The notes: generated from the letters alone by a model not told the origin. A stretch of DNA of 53,453 nt from Pseudomonadota bacterium (GCA_036339975.1 JAYYZV010000071.1:1-53453); one strand, 5' to 3'; positions 1 through 11,313 are shown, counted from the stretch's first letter. Translations and numbers: made by a program.

Positions 1-1
1 A

Positions 2-733
2 GCACTCGATCCGCTCGATGCGGATCCCGGCGCGGCCGGTCGAGGGTCAATTATTCACAACGCGATCGACCGATTTGTGCGCGAAGCCGGGGATATTTTG
101 GGAGATCAAGCTCTCGAGCGGTTTTTAGCTATTGGCGAGGAAGAGTTTGAGCCATGGATGGATCGACCTGGTATTCGCGCTTTTTGGTGGCCGCGCTTCG
201 AGCGAATTGCACATTGGGTGGTCTCACTAGAGGCGGAACGTGCCGCCTCCACTGTCCGACGCCACACCGAGGTTGATGGCGTTCTGACTATCGACCGGAA
301 TGGCCGCAAGTTTTTGCTTCGCGCTCGTGCCGACCGCATTGATGAGATCGTTGGGGGCGGCTACGAGGTTATTGATTACAAGACCGGCGCGGTTCCGACG
401 AAGAAGGACGTGAATGCCGGCCTCTCGCCCCAGCTGCCGCTAGAAGCTGCCATGATTATCAATGGCTCGTTCAACGATATCCCGTGCGGAGAAATCAAGG
501 CATTGAGCTATTGGAAGCTATCGGGAGGCGATCCCGCTGGCGAAACCCGGGATGCTGGTGATGATCCGGTGGCGCTGGCGGATGAGGCCCTCGCCGGACT
601 TATAGCGCTGCTCGCTTATTACGACGACCCGGAAACGCCGTATATAGCTCGTCCCGATCCCGATATAGCCCCCCGTCATTCAGATTTCGAACATCTAGAA
701 CGGGTGCAGGAATGGTCCTCAACAAATGACTGA
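2..733 (+). CDS. addB: Double-strand break repair protein AddB, C-terminal PD-(D/E)XK nuclease part (5'-truncated by window edge)
   Basis: Frame is open from base 2 (ALDPLDADPGAAGRGSIIH...). RADRID...VIDYKTG...PQLPLEA nuclease motifs. Overlaps the addA start. Confidence 0.92.
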   Translation, partial: ALDPLDADPGAAGRGSIIHNAIDRFVREAGDILGDQALERFLAIGEEEFEPWMDRPGIRAFWWPRFERIAHWVVSLEAERAASTVRRHTEVDGVLTIDRNGRKFLLRARADRIDEIVGGGYEVIDYKTGAVPTKKDVNAGLSPQLPLEAAMIINGSFNDIPCGEIKALSYWKLSGGDPAGETRDAGDDPVALADEALAGLIALLAYYDDPETPYIARPDPDIAPRHSDFEHLERVQEWSSTND

Positions 734-3700
734 CCCGGCCCCACAGCATACCGGCGACCGGCCTGGCGGCTTTGTATCCATCGAGGCTCAGACTATCGCA
801 GCGGCACCCCTTGCGTCGGTCTGGGTTTCTGCCTCGGCGGGGTCCGGCAAGACAAAAGTATTGGCCGATCGGGTACTTAGGTTGCTGTTAAATGGAAGTC
901 CCGCGGGCAAAATCCTTTGTCTGACTTTTACCCGCGCTGCCGCAGCGGAGATGCAGAATCGGATCCGCCGACTGTTGGGTGATTGGGCGGTGATGTCCGA
1001 CGCGGAACTGGATGCTGCCATCGTCAGATTGTCAGGCGATACACCGACATCGGAGATACGGGCGCTGGCTCGGCGTCTTTTTGCCGAAGTTCTAGATACT
1101 CCGGGTGGGTTGAAAATCCAGACAATTCATGCGTTTTGCGAGTCTCTTCTTGGCCGATTTCCAGTCGAAGCCGGGTTGGCCCCATATTTCCATGTAATGG
1201 ACGAACGGACTGCGGCGGAAGCTCTTCTGACGGCGCGTAATGAAATACTCGATGCTGCGCGAAGCGGCGCCGACGACGCGCTTGCCGACGCGCTGGGTGT
1301 CGTTACCGGCTGGGTGCACGAAGACGAATTTGCTGATCTTATGATGGCGATTGCGTCCAACCGCAGCCGGTTAAATCGGTTGTTGATTGGCCACGGTGGT
1401 ATCGAAGGTGCCACGCAAGCGACGCGGTCAGTACTTGGGGTCGCCGCTGAAGAAACAGTGGAAGCTTTGTTACAGGCAGCGGCTGTCGAACCCAAAATCG
1501 ATCAGTCGGGCCTGAGAGACGCCGCCGATGTTCTCTCTCGTGGGGGAAAGCAGGATAAGGACAAAGCAGCCAAGATGTCCGCTTGGCTATTTGCTGACCC
1601 TGCGGCCCGTGCTAAGGAATTTGATGCGTATGCATCGGTTTATCTGACTGGAAGCGGAACGACCCGGGGAATTCTTGCCAGCAAAGGGGCGGTGAAAGAG
1701 CTGCCAAAGATCGCTGACATTATGCAACGGGAGGCCGGCCGTGTTTTTGCCGTGCAGGAGAAACGCAAGGCGATCCAGACCGCCGGGGCCACAGAGGCCA
1801 TTCTCGCCATCGCGACGGCGCTCATCAACCGGTACGAGGATCACAAAAATCGCCACGCAATACTAGATTACGACGATCTGATCCTGCGGGCCCGAAGGCT
1901 GGTTGAACAAGCAGCCCCTTGGGTGCTCTTTAAGCTTGATGGAGGACTTGATCACATCCTGATCGATGAGGCTCAGGACAGCAACGCTGATCAGTGGGCT
2001 GTGGTGCGCGCGATCGTCGACGAATTTCATGCCGGGGGCGGCGCCCGTGAGGTTGGGCGCACCGTGTTTGCAGTCGGTGACGAAAAGCAGTCAATCTTTA
2101 GTTTTCAGGGTGCCGCTCCTGATCAGTTTTCGGCGATGAGCGATTACTTTGAAAAACGCGTCACGGCGGCCGGTCAGGATTGGCATCGGGTCCCACTGGA
2201 CGTTTCCTTCCGTTCGACGTCCACCGTCCTGCAGGCTGTCGATGCCGTTTTTGCCGATGATGAGGTGCGCGAAGGTGTCTCATCGGCGAAGATCGTCCAT
2301 AAGGCGCACCGCCACGGTCAGGCAGGTCTAGTTGAACTATGGCCGCCGGTATTTCCAGAGGACCGAGATGACATATCACCTTGGTCGACACCGGAGGACC
2401 TTCGCAATGACGCCACGCCGGCCCGACGCCTCGCACATGCCATTGCATGGCGAATATCCGATTGGGTCGAGGGAGGTGAGAAACTGCCCAGTGCCGACCG
2501 GTATATGAGACCGGGTGATATTATGGTCCTGGTCCGTCGACGGACGGAATTTGTCGATAATTTGATTCGCGAGCTCAAAAAGAGACGGGTCGATGTTGCC
2601 GGGCTAGATCGCATGGTCTTAACCGATCAACTAGCGGTGCAAGACCTTATCGCGCTCGCAGCATTTGCGCTGTTGCCGCATGACGATCTTAATCTCGCCG
2701 CCGTCCTGAAGGGGCCGCTGATAGGTTTTGATGAAGTCAAATTGTTCGAAGTCTGCCACCGGCGCGACGGTACGGTCTGGGGCTCGTTGCGCCGGCTGGC
2801 GCGGACGGATCCGCGCTGCGCCGAGGCCCATCGTATCCTCTCCGACGTTCTCGCTCGCGCAGATTTCGCAGCCCCTTATGAATTTTTCGCAAATATTCTG
2901 GGGCCGATGACGGGCCGGGCGCGCCTGATTAGTCGTCTGAGCGAGGAAGCCAATGATCCGATCGATGAATTTCTATCCTTGGCGCTCGCGTTTGAACAAA
3001 CGCATACCCCGTCGTTGCAAGGGTTTATTCGCTGGTTGGAGGAGGGTGACGCCCAGATCAAACGCGACCTAGATCAGGGGCTCCGCGACGAGGTCCGGAT
3101 CATGACGGTTCATGGCGCTAAAGGGTTGCAGGCGCCGGTAGTGATTCTTGCCGATACGATGCAGGTACCGCAATCAGATGGCTGTCTGATGTGGTATCAT
3201 GGAGACAGCCAAGCAGATGCCCTTCTTTGGCCGCCGCGATCGCGCGTACGGGAACGCTCGGCGCAGCGCTTGGCCGGCGAACAGCGCACTCGTCAGGACG
3301 AGGAATACCGTCGCTTGCTTTATGTTGCGATGACGCGCGCTGAAGACAGGCTGTATATCGCAGGTTACGGTACCCGGCGCACACCGCCTGATGCGGCATG
3401 GTGGAACGTAATTGCGCGCGGGCTTGAACCGGTAGCGGAGAAGTTCGCATTTGAGTCCCACCCTGGCCGACCCGACGACGAGGCAGAAATGGCTTGGCAA
3501 GGTGACGGATTTCGGTTGCAGATGCCGCAGACCCTCGCTCCCGACCGTCGTTCAGAAGGAGGTGAGTCCGCGACAGATATCCCTGAACTGCCCGGCTGGA
3601 TCGATGCTATGGCCCCGGAGGAACCCGAACCGCCGCGTCCCCTTACGCCGTCGCGCCCCACGTTGCCCGAACCCACGACGCGCTCGCCGTTAGGGGATGA

Positions 3701-4202
3701 TAATGGCCTTGCCTTTCAGCGAGGGGTGCTGGTGCATCGATTGTTGCAGACGTTACCAAATCTCAGGGAACCTGACCGTTCCGGTGCTGCGCGAGCTTTT
3801 CTAGCTCGTCCGGTTCATGGACTTGAATTGGACCAGATAGATGCGCTGGTCGCTGAGACGCTCGCGGTGCTGGGCGATACTGCCTGCGCGCCCCTTTTCG
3901 GCCCGGGGTCGCGGGCTGAGGTACCCGTCGCTGGGGTTGTTAGGGGGAGTGCAATCTCCGGGCGGATAGACCGTTTGGTAGTAGGCTCAGGCGGCGTTCA
4001 AATACTCGATTTCAAGACGAATCGTCTTCCCCCGTCGCGACCAGAAGACGTTCCGACATTATATCTACGGCAAATGTCGGCTTATCGTGCGTTGTTACGA
4101 AAAATTTATAAAAATCAGGAAGTTGACTGCATTCTGCTATGGACGGACGGCCCCCGATTGATGCCGTTAGATGCAAAACTGCTGGACGCCTACGAACCTT
4201 GA
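726..4202 (+). CDS. addA: Double-strand break repair helicase/nuclease AddA
   Basis: ASAGSGKT Walker A, LIDEAQD, VGDEKQSIFSFQGA, MTVHGAKGLQ, LYVAMTRA UvrD motifs. C-terminal GRIDRL...DFKT RecB-type nuclease. Confidence 0.96.
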   Translation: MTDPAPQHTGDRPGGFVSIEAQTIAAAPLASVWVSASAGSGKTKVLADRVLRLLLNGSPAGKILCLTFTRAAAAEMQNRIRRLLGDWAVMSDAELDAAIVRLSGDTPTSEIRALARRLFAEVLDTPGGLKIQTIHAFCESLLGRFPVEAGLAPYFHVMDERTAAEALLTARNEILDAARSGADDALADALGVVTGWVHEDEFADLMMAIASNRSRLNRLLIGHGGIEGATQATRSVLGVAAEETVEALLQAAAVEPKIDQSGLRDAADVLSRGGKQDKDKAAKMSAWLFADPAARAKEFDAYASVYLTGSGTTRGILASKGAVKELPKIADIMQREAGRVFAVQEKRKAIQTAGATEAILAIATALINRYEDHKNRHAILDYDDLILRARRLVEQAAPWVLFKLDGGLDHILIDEAQDSNADQWAVVRAIVDEFHAGGGAREVGRTVFAVGDEKQSIFSFQGAAPDQFSAMSDYFEKRVTAAGQDWHRVPLDVSFRSTSTVLQAVDAVFADDEVREGVSSAKIVHKAHRHGQAGLVELWPPVFPEDRDDISPWSTPEDLRNDATPARRLAHAIAWRISDWVEGGEKLPSADRYMRPGDIMVLVRRRTEFVDNLIRELKKRRVDVAGLDRMVLTDQLAVQDLIALAAFALLPHDDLNLAAVLKGPLIGFDEVKLFEVCHRRDGTVWGSLRRLARTDPRCAEAHRILSDVLARADFAAPYEFFANILGPMTGRARLISRLSEEANDPIDEFLSLALAFEQTHTPSLQGFIRWLEEGDAQIKRDLDQGLRDEVRIMTVHGAKGLQAPVVILADTMQVPQSDGCLMWYHGDSQADALLWPPRSRVRERSAQRLAGEQRTRQDEEYRRLLYVAMTRAEDRLYIAGYGTRRTPPDAAWWNVIARGLEPVAEKFAFESHPGRPDDEAEMAWQGDGFRLQMPQTLAPDRRSEGGESATDIPELPGWIDAMAPEEPEPPRPLTPSRPTLPEPTTRSPLGDDNGLAFQRGVLVHRLLQTLPNLREPDRSGAARAFLARPVHGLELDQIDALVAETLAVLGDTACAPLFGPGSRAEVPVAGVVRGSAISGRIDRLVVGSGGVQILDFKTNRLPPSRPEDVPTLYLRQMSAYRALLRKIYKNQEVDCILLWTDGPRLMPLDAKLLDAYEP

Positions 4203-4313
4203 CCGGTTTTCGATGCACCCTTAGATTCGAGAAACAAAGAAAAAGCATGATTTATATAGGGTCTTTGCTTTAAACCTTGACGGTACAGTCGTTTAGATAG
4301 AGGAGGCATAAAA

Positions 4314-4634
4314 ATTGCGAGCAAACCAGTTTCAGACGATTCATTTGAAAACGACGTTCTCGGTGCTGAAGGTCCCGTTTTGGTTGATTTTTGGGCGGAG
4401 TGGTGTGGTCCTTGTAAGCAGATTGGACCATCGCTCGAGGAAATTTCAGAAGAAATGGGTGATGCGATTACGGTAGCCAAGGTAAATATCGACGACAATC
4501 CTATGACGCCGTCTAAATACGGTGTTCGCGGTATCCCGACACTTATGCTTTTCAAGGATGGTGAAGTCGCGGCTACGAAGGTCGGTGCGCTGCCCAAGGG
4601 CAAGCTATTGGAATGGATTCAGTCGTCAGTCTAA
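4314..4634 (+). CDS. trxA: Thioredoxin (106 aa if it starts at ATT 4314)
   Basis: [14 protein letters not shown] active site. The frame extends upstream of the ORF-track start as (I)[21 protein letters not shown] at 4301-4306. Typical addB-addA-trxA order. Confidence 0.93.
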   Translation: MASKPVSDDSFENDVLGAEGPVLVDFWAEWCGPCKQIGPSLEEISEEMGDAITVAKVNIDDNPMTPSKYGVRGIPTLMLFKDGEVAATKVGALPKGKLLEWIQSSV

Positions 4635-4684
4635 CCCTAAAAATTTAGCGGTAGAAACCCCTTCTCTTGCAGGGGTTCCGATGC

Positions 4685-4713
4685 TTGCACATTGCTGTGC
4701 AACCCACTATAAA
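4685..4713 (+). promoter_or_regulatory. Putative sigma70 promoter of rpmI-rplT
   Basis: TTGCAC-17 nt-TATAAA, about 110 nt upstream of rpmI. Confidence 0.6.
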
Positions 4714-4822
4714 CCGGCGCCATGAAGCAAGCGGTCCGGCCTGTAAGGGCATGCCGGGATCGTTTAGATGACGTCCGTACCGCCACACATATCCGCCGGC
4801 GTTACAAGCAAAGGAGACGGAA

Positions 4823-5023
4823 ATGCCCAAGCTGAAGTCGAAAAGCGGCGCCAAGAAAAGATTCCGCACAACGGCTACCGGAAAAGTCCGGTCCAATTTT
4901 GCTAAAAAACGTCATAACCTCCGGAAGCGCACTCAGAAAATGAAGCGCAATTCCCGCGGCACCCAGATCCTGTCGGATGCAGACGCGAAAATCGTCAAAT
5001 CGTATCTGCCCTACGCGAAGTAA
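4823..5023 (+). CDS. rpmI: 50S ribosomal protein L35
   Basis: [14 protein letters not shown]...RHNLRKR. AGGAG SD. Confidence 0.98.
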   Translation: MPKLKSKSGAKKRFRTTATGKVRSNFAKKRHNLRKRTQKMKRNSRGTQILSDADAKIVKSYLPYAK

Positions 5024-5035
5024 AGGAGATCTGAC

Positions 5036-5401
5036 ATGGCACGAGTAAAACGCGGCGTCACGACCCACGCCCGTCACAAAAAAGTTCTGAAAAAGGCGAA
5101 AGGTTACCGTGGGCGCAACTCCAAGGTATTTCGGGTTGCAGTGGAAAAGGTCGAAAAGGCCGGTCAGTACGCTTATCGCGACCGTCGGGTCAAAAAGCGC
5201 AGCTTTCGCGCACTCTGGATCCAGCGGATCAACGCCGGAGCGCGCCAGCACGGGCTTACCTATTCGCAGTTCATGCACGGGCTGAACAAAGCGGGGATCG
5301 AGCTAGACCGAAAGGTGCTCGCTGATCTTGCTGCACAGGAACCGGAAGCTTTTGGTAGCGTTGTAGAACAGGCAAAGGCCGCCCTCGACAACGCCGGCTA
5401 A
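5036..5401 (+). CDS. rplT: 50S ribosomal protein L20
   Basis: MARVKRGV...AYRDRR...[10 protein letters not shown]...DRKVLADLA. Confidence 0.98.
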   Translation: MARVKRGVTTHARHKKVLKKAKGYRGRNSKVFRVAVEKVEKAGQYAYRDRRVKKRSFRALWIQRINAGARQHGLTYSQFMHGLNKAGIELDRKVLADLAAQEPEAFGSVVEQAKAALDNAG

Positions 5402-5463
5402 CGCCGGGTTTGCTCTAACGTAATGCTCGAGGCGGTCGCTGAAAGGCGGACGAAGGACTTCCT

Positions 5464-6546
5464 ATGGAAAATCTCGATCAGTTAAAGGACGACCTTCTGT
5501 CGCAGGTGGAAGCGGCTAATCTGGACGCGCTCGAAGTTCTGCGCGTTTCGGTCCTCGGTAGGTCCGGCACTATCACCGAGATGGTCAAGGGCATCGGTCA
5601 GTTACCACCGGAAGACAGGCGTGATGCAGGCCGGAAGTTAAACATTCTGAAGAATTCGGTTTCCGTTGCGATCGATGCAAAAAAGGAAATGTTGGAAGCC
5701 GAGTTGCTTGATGCCAGCCTTGGCACCGAACGGATTGACGTCACGCTGCCGCAGCGCCCCGAAGGTGCAGGCCGCATTCACCCGATCAGTCAGACCATCG
5801 ACGAGATGGTGGCCCTCTTCTGTGAAATGGGATTTACCGTCGCGGAAGGCCCACACGTTGAAAGCGACTTCAACAATTTCACCGCGCTGAATATTCCGCC
5901 CGAACACCCGGCGCGCCAGGACCATGATACCTTTTATCTGCCGCCCAATGAGGATGGCGACCGCAAGGTGCTCCGCACACATACTTCGCCGGTGCAAATT
6001 CGCACGATGCTCAGCCAAAAGCCTCCGATACGTATAATCGTCCCGGGTCGCACGTTCCGTGCCGACCACGATGCAACCCATTCGCCGATGTTCCATCAGA
6101 TTGAAGGCTTGGTCATTGACGAAACTACCCATATGGGCCACCTGAAAGGCTGCCTGATAGAATTCTGCCGCGCCTTCTTCGGTGTGGACGATTTACCAGT
6201 CCGATTTCGGCCATCCTATTTTCCATTCACAGAACCATCCGCAGAGGTGGACATTGGCTGTTCGCGTGAAGGCGGCGGACTCACCATCGGTGCTGGAGCC
6301 GACTGGCTAGAAATACTCGGATGCGGAATGGTCAATCCGCGGGTTCTTGAAAATTGCGGGATCGACGCGACAAAGTATCAGGGTTTTGCTTTCGGGCTCG
6401 GGATCGAACGTGCGGCGATGCTGAAATACGGTATTCCCGATTTGCGTACATTTTACGATTCAGATATTCGCTGGCTGAAACACTACGGCTTCGTGCCGCT
6501 AGATGTACCGAACGTTGCCGCAGGATTCGAGGGGGGGGCTGGCTGA
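5464..6546 (+). CDS. pheS: Phenylalanine-tRNA ligase alpha subunit
   Basis: HPAR, LRTHTSPVQIR, HSPMFHQIEG, FRPSYFPFTEPSAEVD, GFAFGLGIER. Confidence 0.98.
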   Translation: MENLDQLKDDLLSQVEAANLDALEVLRVSVLGRSGTITEMVKGIGQLPPEDRRDAGRKLNILKNSVSVAIDAKKEMLEAELLDASLGTERIDVTLPQRPEGAGRIHPISQTIDEMVALFCEMGFTVAEGPHVESDFNNFTALNIPPEHPARQDHDTFYLPPNEDGDRKVLRTHTSPVQIRTMLSQKPPIRIIVPGRTFRADHDATHSPMFHQIEGLVIDETTHMGHLKGCLIEFCRAFFGVDDLPVRFRPSYFPFTEPSAEVDIGCSREGGGLTIGAGADWLEILGCGMVNPRVLENCGIDATKYQGFAFGLGIERAAMLKYGIPDLRTFYDSDIRWLKHYGFVPLDVPNVAAGFEGGAG

Positions 6547-8963
6547 TGAAATTTACCCTCGATTGGCTTAAGGAGCACCTAGATACTGATCGGCCGTTAG
6601 TGGATATCGTCCAGAAACTCTCCATGATCGGTCTCGAGGTTGAGGCTGTCGACGATCGTGCTGAAGCGCTGGCTTCGTTCAAGGCCGCCTATGTTATCTC
6701 TGCCGAAAAGCACCCCGATGCTGATCGGTTGCAGGTCTGTATGGTCGACTATGGTAATGGCGATCCGGTGCAGGTGGTGTGCGGCGCGCCTAATGCGCGG
6801 GCCGGTATGAAGGGCGTCTTCGCCGCGTCAGGTGCCTATATCCCAGGTATCGACTTGACGCTTAAGAAGAGCAAGATCCGTGGTCAGGAATCCAACGGCA
6901 TGCTGCTGTCCGAGCGCGAGATGGGCCTATCCGACGATCACGAAGGCATCGTGGAACTGCCGGATGATGCTGAAATCGGCAGTCCAGCTGTCGATGCTCT
7001 GGGCCTCAGCGATCCCATCATCGAAATTGGGTTGACGCCAAACCGACAAGACTGCGCTGGCATCCGAGGCATCGCCCGTGATCTCGCCGCTGCTGGTCTC
7101 GGAACGCTGAAGCCGTTGGAGGTGCCACAGATCGACGGTATGTTTGAGTCGCCGATCAAGTGGAAGAGGGACCTCCCTGCGGATGCGGGAGATGCATGTC
7201 CTCTGGTGGTGGGACGCTACTTCCGGGGCGTAAAGAACGGCCCAAGCCCGCAATGGTTGCAGGACCGGCTCCGCGCTATCGGCCTACGTCCAATTTCGGC
7301 CCTTGTCGATATAACGAACTACGTCACCTTTGATTTGGCGCGGCCGCTCCACGTGTTTGATGCGGCCAAGGTAAAGGGTGACGTCGTGATGCGTCTCGCC
7401 GAAGAAGGTGAAAAGTTGCTGGCACTTGACGGCGAAGAATACGAACTCCAGCCCGACATGACCGTTATAGGGGACGATAATAGCGTCGAGGCAATCGGTG
7501 GTATTATGGGTGGCGAGGTGTCTGGCGTGACGATGGAAACGACCGACGTGTTTCTCGAAGTTGCTCTATTTGATCCAATCCGGACCGCTACGTCGGGGCG
7601 CAAACTCGGCATCATGTCGGACGCGCGCTACCGCTTTGAGCGCGGCGTAGATCCGGAAAGCGCATACTGGGGGGCCCAAGTGGCCACCCAGATGATTCTC
7701 AATCTTTGCGGCGGAGAGGCGTCGGAGCTTACGGTCGCTGGCGACATGCCTAACTGGCAGCGTGAGGTGACGTTGCGTAAGACCCGTGTCGCAGCTCTAG
7801 GTGGTCTTGACGTGCCCGGCGACGAGCAGTTCAGTATTCTGGTTGATCTCGGTTTTGATCCCGTGGACGAGGGCGACGTGATCCGAACGTCGGTTCCGTC
7901 CTGGAGACCAGACATCGACGGCGAAGCCGATCTGGTGGAAGAGGTGCTGCGCATCAGGGGTTACGATGATATCCCGGTCGTGCCGCTAATGCGCGAAAAC
8001 ACCGTCGCGGCGCCGGCATGGTCGATCAGCCAGCGTCGAGAATCTTCAGCGCGCCGGTCGTTGGCAGCGCGTGGGATGACAGAGGCTGTTACGTTTTCCT
8101 TCATGAAACGTAAAACAGCGGAGCTTTTTGGCTTCGATAACGAGGCGCTGGTGGTCGAAAACCCAATTTCCGCTGATCTTGACGCGATGAGGCCGTCTAT
8201 AGTGCCCAACTTGCTGGAGGCTGCACGACGCAATGCCGGGCGCGGCTACCCCGATGTCGCGCTGTTTGAGGTCGGCCCAACATATTCCGGCGACGGGGAA
8301 GACGGGCAGACGACCGGCGTAGAGGCCATACGCACCGGAAAATACGATAAGCGCCATTGGTGTGTGCCGCAGCGCGAAGTGGATGTATGGGATGCCAAGG
8401 CTGATGCATACGCCGCGCTGGAAGCTGCCGGCGCACCGGTCGCCAATATGCAGGTTACGATGGACGCGCCGTTCTGGTATCACCCCGGCCGGTCTGGTGT
8501 GTTTCGCTTGGGCCCAAATGCTCTGGCGTCCTTCGGTGACATTCACCCTCGGATCTTGCGGGCGATGGAGATCGATGGCCCGGCGGTGGGCATGGCCGTC
8601 AGCCTGCATCTGGTTCCGCCGGCACGAAAGAAAAAGGATGCTGGCGGTGCTGCCGCGCGCCCGTTACTAAAACTGTCGCCGTTTCAGGCAGTTCGTCGCG
8701 ATTTTGCCTTTATAGTCGAAGCCGAAACGGATGCGGGGGAGGTGGTTCGCGCCGCCTCGTCGGCTGACAAGAAACTGATTGTCGATGTTTCCGTTTTTGA
8801 CGTTTATGAAGGTGAGCATATGGAAGAAGGTAAGAAATCTGTTGCCATCTCCGTCACCCTGCAGCCGGTTAAAGCCACTCTAACCGACGAGCAGATTGAT
8901 GCGGTTGCCCAAAACGTGACCATCGAGGTCGAAAAACGAACCGGCGGAACCCTGAGAGGGTAA
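6546..8963 (+). CDS. pheT: Phenylalanine-tRNA ligase beta subunit
   Basis: Starts [11 protein letters not shown] at an ATG overlapping the pheS stop (TGATG). HPDADRL, VCGAPN, RFERGVD and a C-terminal anticodon-binding domain (RRDFAF). Confidence 0.97.
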   Translation: MKFTLDWLKEHLDTDRPLVDIVQKLSMIGLEVEAVDDRAEALASFKAAYVISAEKHPDADRLQVCMVDYGNGDPVQVVCGAPNARAGMKGVFAASGAYIPGIDLTLKKSKIRGQESNGMLLSEREMGLSDDHEGIVELPDDAEIGSPAVDALGLSDPIIEIGLTPNRQDCAGIRGIARDLAAAGLGTLKPLEVPQIDGMFESPIKWKRDLPADAGDACPLVVGRYFRGVKNGPSPQWLQDRLRAIGLRPISALVDITNYVTFDLARPLHVFDAAKVKGDVVMRLAEEGEKLLALDGEEYELQPDMTVIGDDNSVEAIGGIMGGEVSGVTMETTDVFLEVALFDPIRTATSGRKLGIMSDARYRFERGVDPESAYWGAQVATQMILNLCGGEASELTVAGDMPNWQREVTLRKTRVAALGGLDVPGDEQFSILVDLGFDPVDEGDVIRTSVPSWRPDIDGEADLVEEVLRIRGYDDIPVVPLMRENTVAAPAWSISQRRESSARRSLAARGMTEAVTFSFMKRKTAELFGFDNEALVVENPISADLDAMRPSIVPNLLEAARRNAGRGYPDVALFEVGPTYSGDGEDGQTTGVEAIRTGKYDKRHWCVPQREVDVWDAKADAYAALEAAGAPVANMQVTMDAPFWYHPGRSGVFRLGPNALASFGDIHPRILRAMEIDGPAVGMAVSLHLVPPARKKKDAGGAAARPLLKLSPFQAVRRDFAFIVEAETDAGEVVRAASSADKKLIVDVSVFDVYEGEHMEEGKKSVAISVTLQPVKATLTDEQIDAVAQNVTIEVEKRTGGTLRG

Positions 8964-8976
8964 AAAAAGCCCCGCT

Positions 8977-10779
8977 ATGACCGATCTCGCCCATATCCGG
9001 AATTTTGCAATCATCGCGCACATTGACCACGGCAAGTCGACGCTGGCTGATCGGCTGATACAGGAGTGCGGCGGCGTCGAGCAGCGTGAGCTGAAAGAGC
9101 AGATGCTCGACACCATGGATATCGAGCGCGAGCGGGGTATCACCATCAAGGCGCAGACCGTTAGGCTAATTTATAAGGCGTCGGACGAAATTACCTATCA
9201 GCTCAATCTGATGGATACCCCCGGTCACGTAGATTTTACCTACGAGGTATCGCGTTCACTAGCGGCATGCGAAGGTTCGCTGTTGATCGTAGATTCGTCG
9301 CAGGGTGTCGAGGCGCAAACGCTGGCTAATTCCTACCTAGCCATCGAAGCGGACCACGAGATTATTCCAGTACTCAACAAGATCGATCTACCGGCTGCTG
9401 AGCCTGAAAGCGTTCGCCAGGAAATTGAAGACGTCGTCGGCCTCGCCGCTGAGGACGCTATCGCTGTTTCCGCCAAAACGGGGGAAGGTATAAACGAGGT
9501 TCTGGAAGCATTAGTTGAGCGTTTGCCCGCACCGGAAGGTGAGCGCGAAGCGCCCCTCAAGGCAATGCTGGTGGACAGCTGGTACGACTCATATCTGGGC
9601 GTAATCGTGCTGGTGCGTATTCGGGATGGCGTACTCAGAAAGGGGATGAAGATCCGCATGATGGGTACCGGCGCCAACCATCAAGTTGACATTTGCGGCG
9701 TTTTCACCCCGAAGCGCCAGGATGTGGCGGAGCTTGGCCCTGGAGAGGTCGGCTTCATTACTGCGTCGATCAAGACGGTGGCTGATGCTCAGGTCGGCGA
9801 CACGATCACTGAGGAAAAGAACCTAGCTTCCGAGGCGCTGTCGGGCTTTAAGCCTAGTGTGCCTGTGGTATTTTGCGGATTATTCCCGATCGATGCAGCG
9901 GAATATGAATCTCTCCGCGACAGCCTTGCCAAACTGCGGTTAAACGATGGCAGTTTCCACTATGAGCCGGAAACTTCTGCGGCGCTGGGCTTCGGTTTCC
10001 GCTGCGGTTTTCTCGGACTGCTACATCTTGAAATAGTGCAGGAACGGCTCAGTCGAGAATTCGATCTCGACCTGATTACCACCGCGCCATCCGTGATCTA
10101 CCGCATCCACATGACCGACGGTTCGGTCGAAGAACTCCACAATCCTGCTGACATGCCCGACGTAGTGAAAATCGATTATATAGAGGAACCGTGGATCCGG
10201 GCGACGATCCTGGTGCCGGATGAACACCTTGGCGCTATCCTTAAACTGTGTGAGGACCGTCGGGGTATACAACAGGAGCTGACATATGCCGGCGGCCGGG
10301 CCATGCTGGTTTACAAACTGCCGTTAAACGAGGTGGTATTTGATTTCTACGATCGCCTGAAATCGGTTAGTAGGGGCTATGCAAGTTTTGACTACCAAGT
10401 AACGGGCTACGAAGAAGGTGACTTAGTCAAGCTCTCTATCCTCGTCAACGCCGAGCCGGTCGATGCGCTCTCGATGATTGTCCACCGGAGCCAGGCCGAG
10501 TTCCGCGGCCGTGCCATCTGTTCGCGGCTAAAGGATCTGATCCCGCGTCAGTTGTTCAAGATACCGCTACAGGCGGCAATCGGCGGTAAGATCATTGCTC
10601 GTGAGACCATTTCCGCCATGCGCAAGGACGTGACCGCCAAGTGCTACGGCGGTGACGTCAGCCGGAAGCGCAAGCTTCTCGAAAAGCAGAAAGAAGGCAA
10701 AAAGAGAATGCGCCAGTTTGGCGCCGTAGAAATCCCTCAGTCGGCATTTATCGAAGCTCTACGTATAAGTGACGAATAG
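8977..10779 (+). CDS. lepA: Translation elongation factor 4 (LepA)
   Basis: [55 protein letters not shown]. Confidence 0.98.
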   Translation: MTDLAHIRNFAIIAHIDHGKSTLADRLIQECGGVEQRELKEQMLDTMDIERERGITIKAQTVRLIYKASDEITYQLNLMDTPGHVDFTYEVSRSLAACEGSLLIVDSSQGVEAQTLANSYLAIEADHEIIPVLNKIDLPAAEPESVRQEIEDVVGLAAEDAIAVSAKTGEGINEVLEALVERLPAPEGEREAPLKAMLVDSWYDSYLGVIVLVRIRDGVLRKGMKIRMMGTGANHQVDICGVFTPKRQDVAELGPGEVGFITASIKTVADAQVGDTITEEKNLASEALSGFKPSVPVVFCGLFPIDAAEYESLRDSLAKLRLNDGSFHYEPETSAALGFGFRCGFLGLLHLEIVQERLSREFDLDLITTAPSVIYRIHMTDGSVEELHNPADMPDVVKIDYIEEPWIRATILVPDEHLGAILKLCEDRRGIQQELTYAGGRAMLVYKLPLNEVVFDFYDRLKSVSRGYASFDYQVTGYEEGDLVKLSILVNAEPVDALSMIVHRSQAEFRGRAICSRLKDLIPRQLFKIPLQAAIGGKIIARETISAMRKDVTAKCYGGDVSRKRKLLEKQKEGKKRMRQFGAVEIPQSAFIEALRISDE

Positions 10780-10850
10780 GCAACCTCGTCATCGCAGCGA
10801 CCGATAAGCAAGATGCATCGGTGTTGGCCAATCTGGTTGACAAAAAATCC

Positions 10851-11189
10851 CTACCGCCGCAATCCCGAGGGTCGATCTGGATTGCGCCGTCGCCAGATCA
10901 GAATAAGTCCTGTAATGCCGAATACTCCCCACGCCGGTATGATCAAGACGTTCTGGATGACGCTTTCCCATAGCCACACCGAGATATGGCGTTGGATAAT
11001 GGCTTGGGTCATGTTGAGAGACCCAGTACCCGCGGCTTGGTCGAGACGAAACCAGAGCTCGCCCAATGTGAGCAGGCGGTATCGTCCCCCCTCAAATGCA
11101 TGTATCGCTTCGACACCAATCAAGATCAGCACGAGCGCCAACCATGTCCAGCCGATGATACGGCCGGTTTTCTTTTTTCGCCGTTGCAT
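10851..11189 (-). CDS. Small hypothetical membrane protein (about 112 aa, two hydrophobic segments)
   Basis: ATG at 11189 with GGAGA SD. Basic N-terminus followed by TM-like IIGWTWLALVLILIGV and VLIIPAWGVFGITGLILIW. The longer ORF-track version runs antisense through the tRNA. Confidence 0.7.
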   Translation of the reverse strand: MQRRKKKTGRIIGWTWLALVLILIGVEAIHAFEGGRYRLLTLGELWFRLDQAAGTGSLNMTQAIIQRHISVWLWESVIQNVLIIPAWGVFGITGLILIWRRRNPDRPSGLRR

Positions 11190-11212
11190 CTCACAGTCTC
11201 CTTGGGCATTAT
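11184..11212 (+). promoter_or_regulatory. Putative sigma70 promoter of tRNA-Ser with GC-rich discriminator
   Basis: TTGCAT-17 nt-CATTAT, then CCGCCGCCGC directly before the tRNA. Confidence 0.55.
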
Positions 11213-11222
11213 CCGCCGCCGC

Positions 11223-11313
11223 GGACGGGTGGCCGAGTGGCTGAAGGCGCACGCTTGGAAAGCGTGTATGCGGTAACACCGTATCGTGGGTTCGAATCCC
11301 ACCCCGTCCGCCA
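11223..11313 (+). tRNA. tRNA-Ser(GGA)
   Basis: Acceptor stem GGACGGG/CCCGTCC, discriminator G plus encoded CCA. Anticodon arm CACGC-TTGGAAA-GCGTG, long variable arm, GGTTCGAATCC T-loop. Confidence 0.97.

Noticed and set aside
2-733. AddB C-terminus lacks the Fe-S cluster cysteines of Bacillus AddB
   Set aside because: As far as I recall, the D(F/Y)xHLxRV ending is the ordinary alphaproteobacterial form, so it is not novel.
4656-4677. Hairpin AACCCCT/AGGGGTT after trxA
   Set aside because: It has no U-tract, so I cannot call it an intrinsic terminator with confidence.
4635-4822. No infC upstream of rpmI-rplT
   Set aside because: infC is commonly unlinked from rpmI in alphaproteobacteria.
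6354-6545. 64-aa N-terminal extension of PheT in the ORF track
   Set aside because: It overlaps pheS. The recognisable PheT start is the coupled ATG at 6546.
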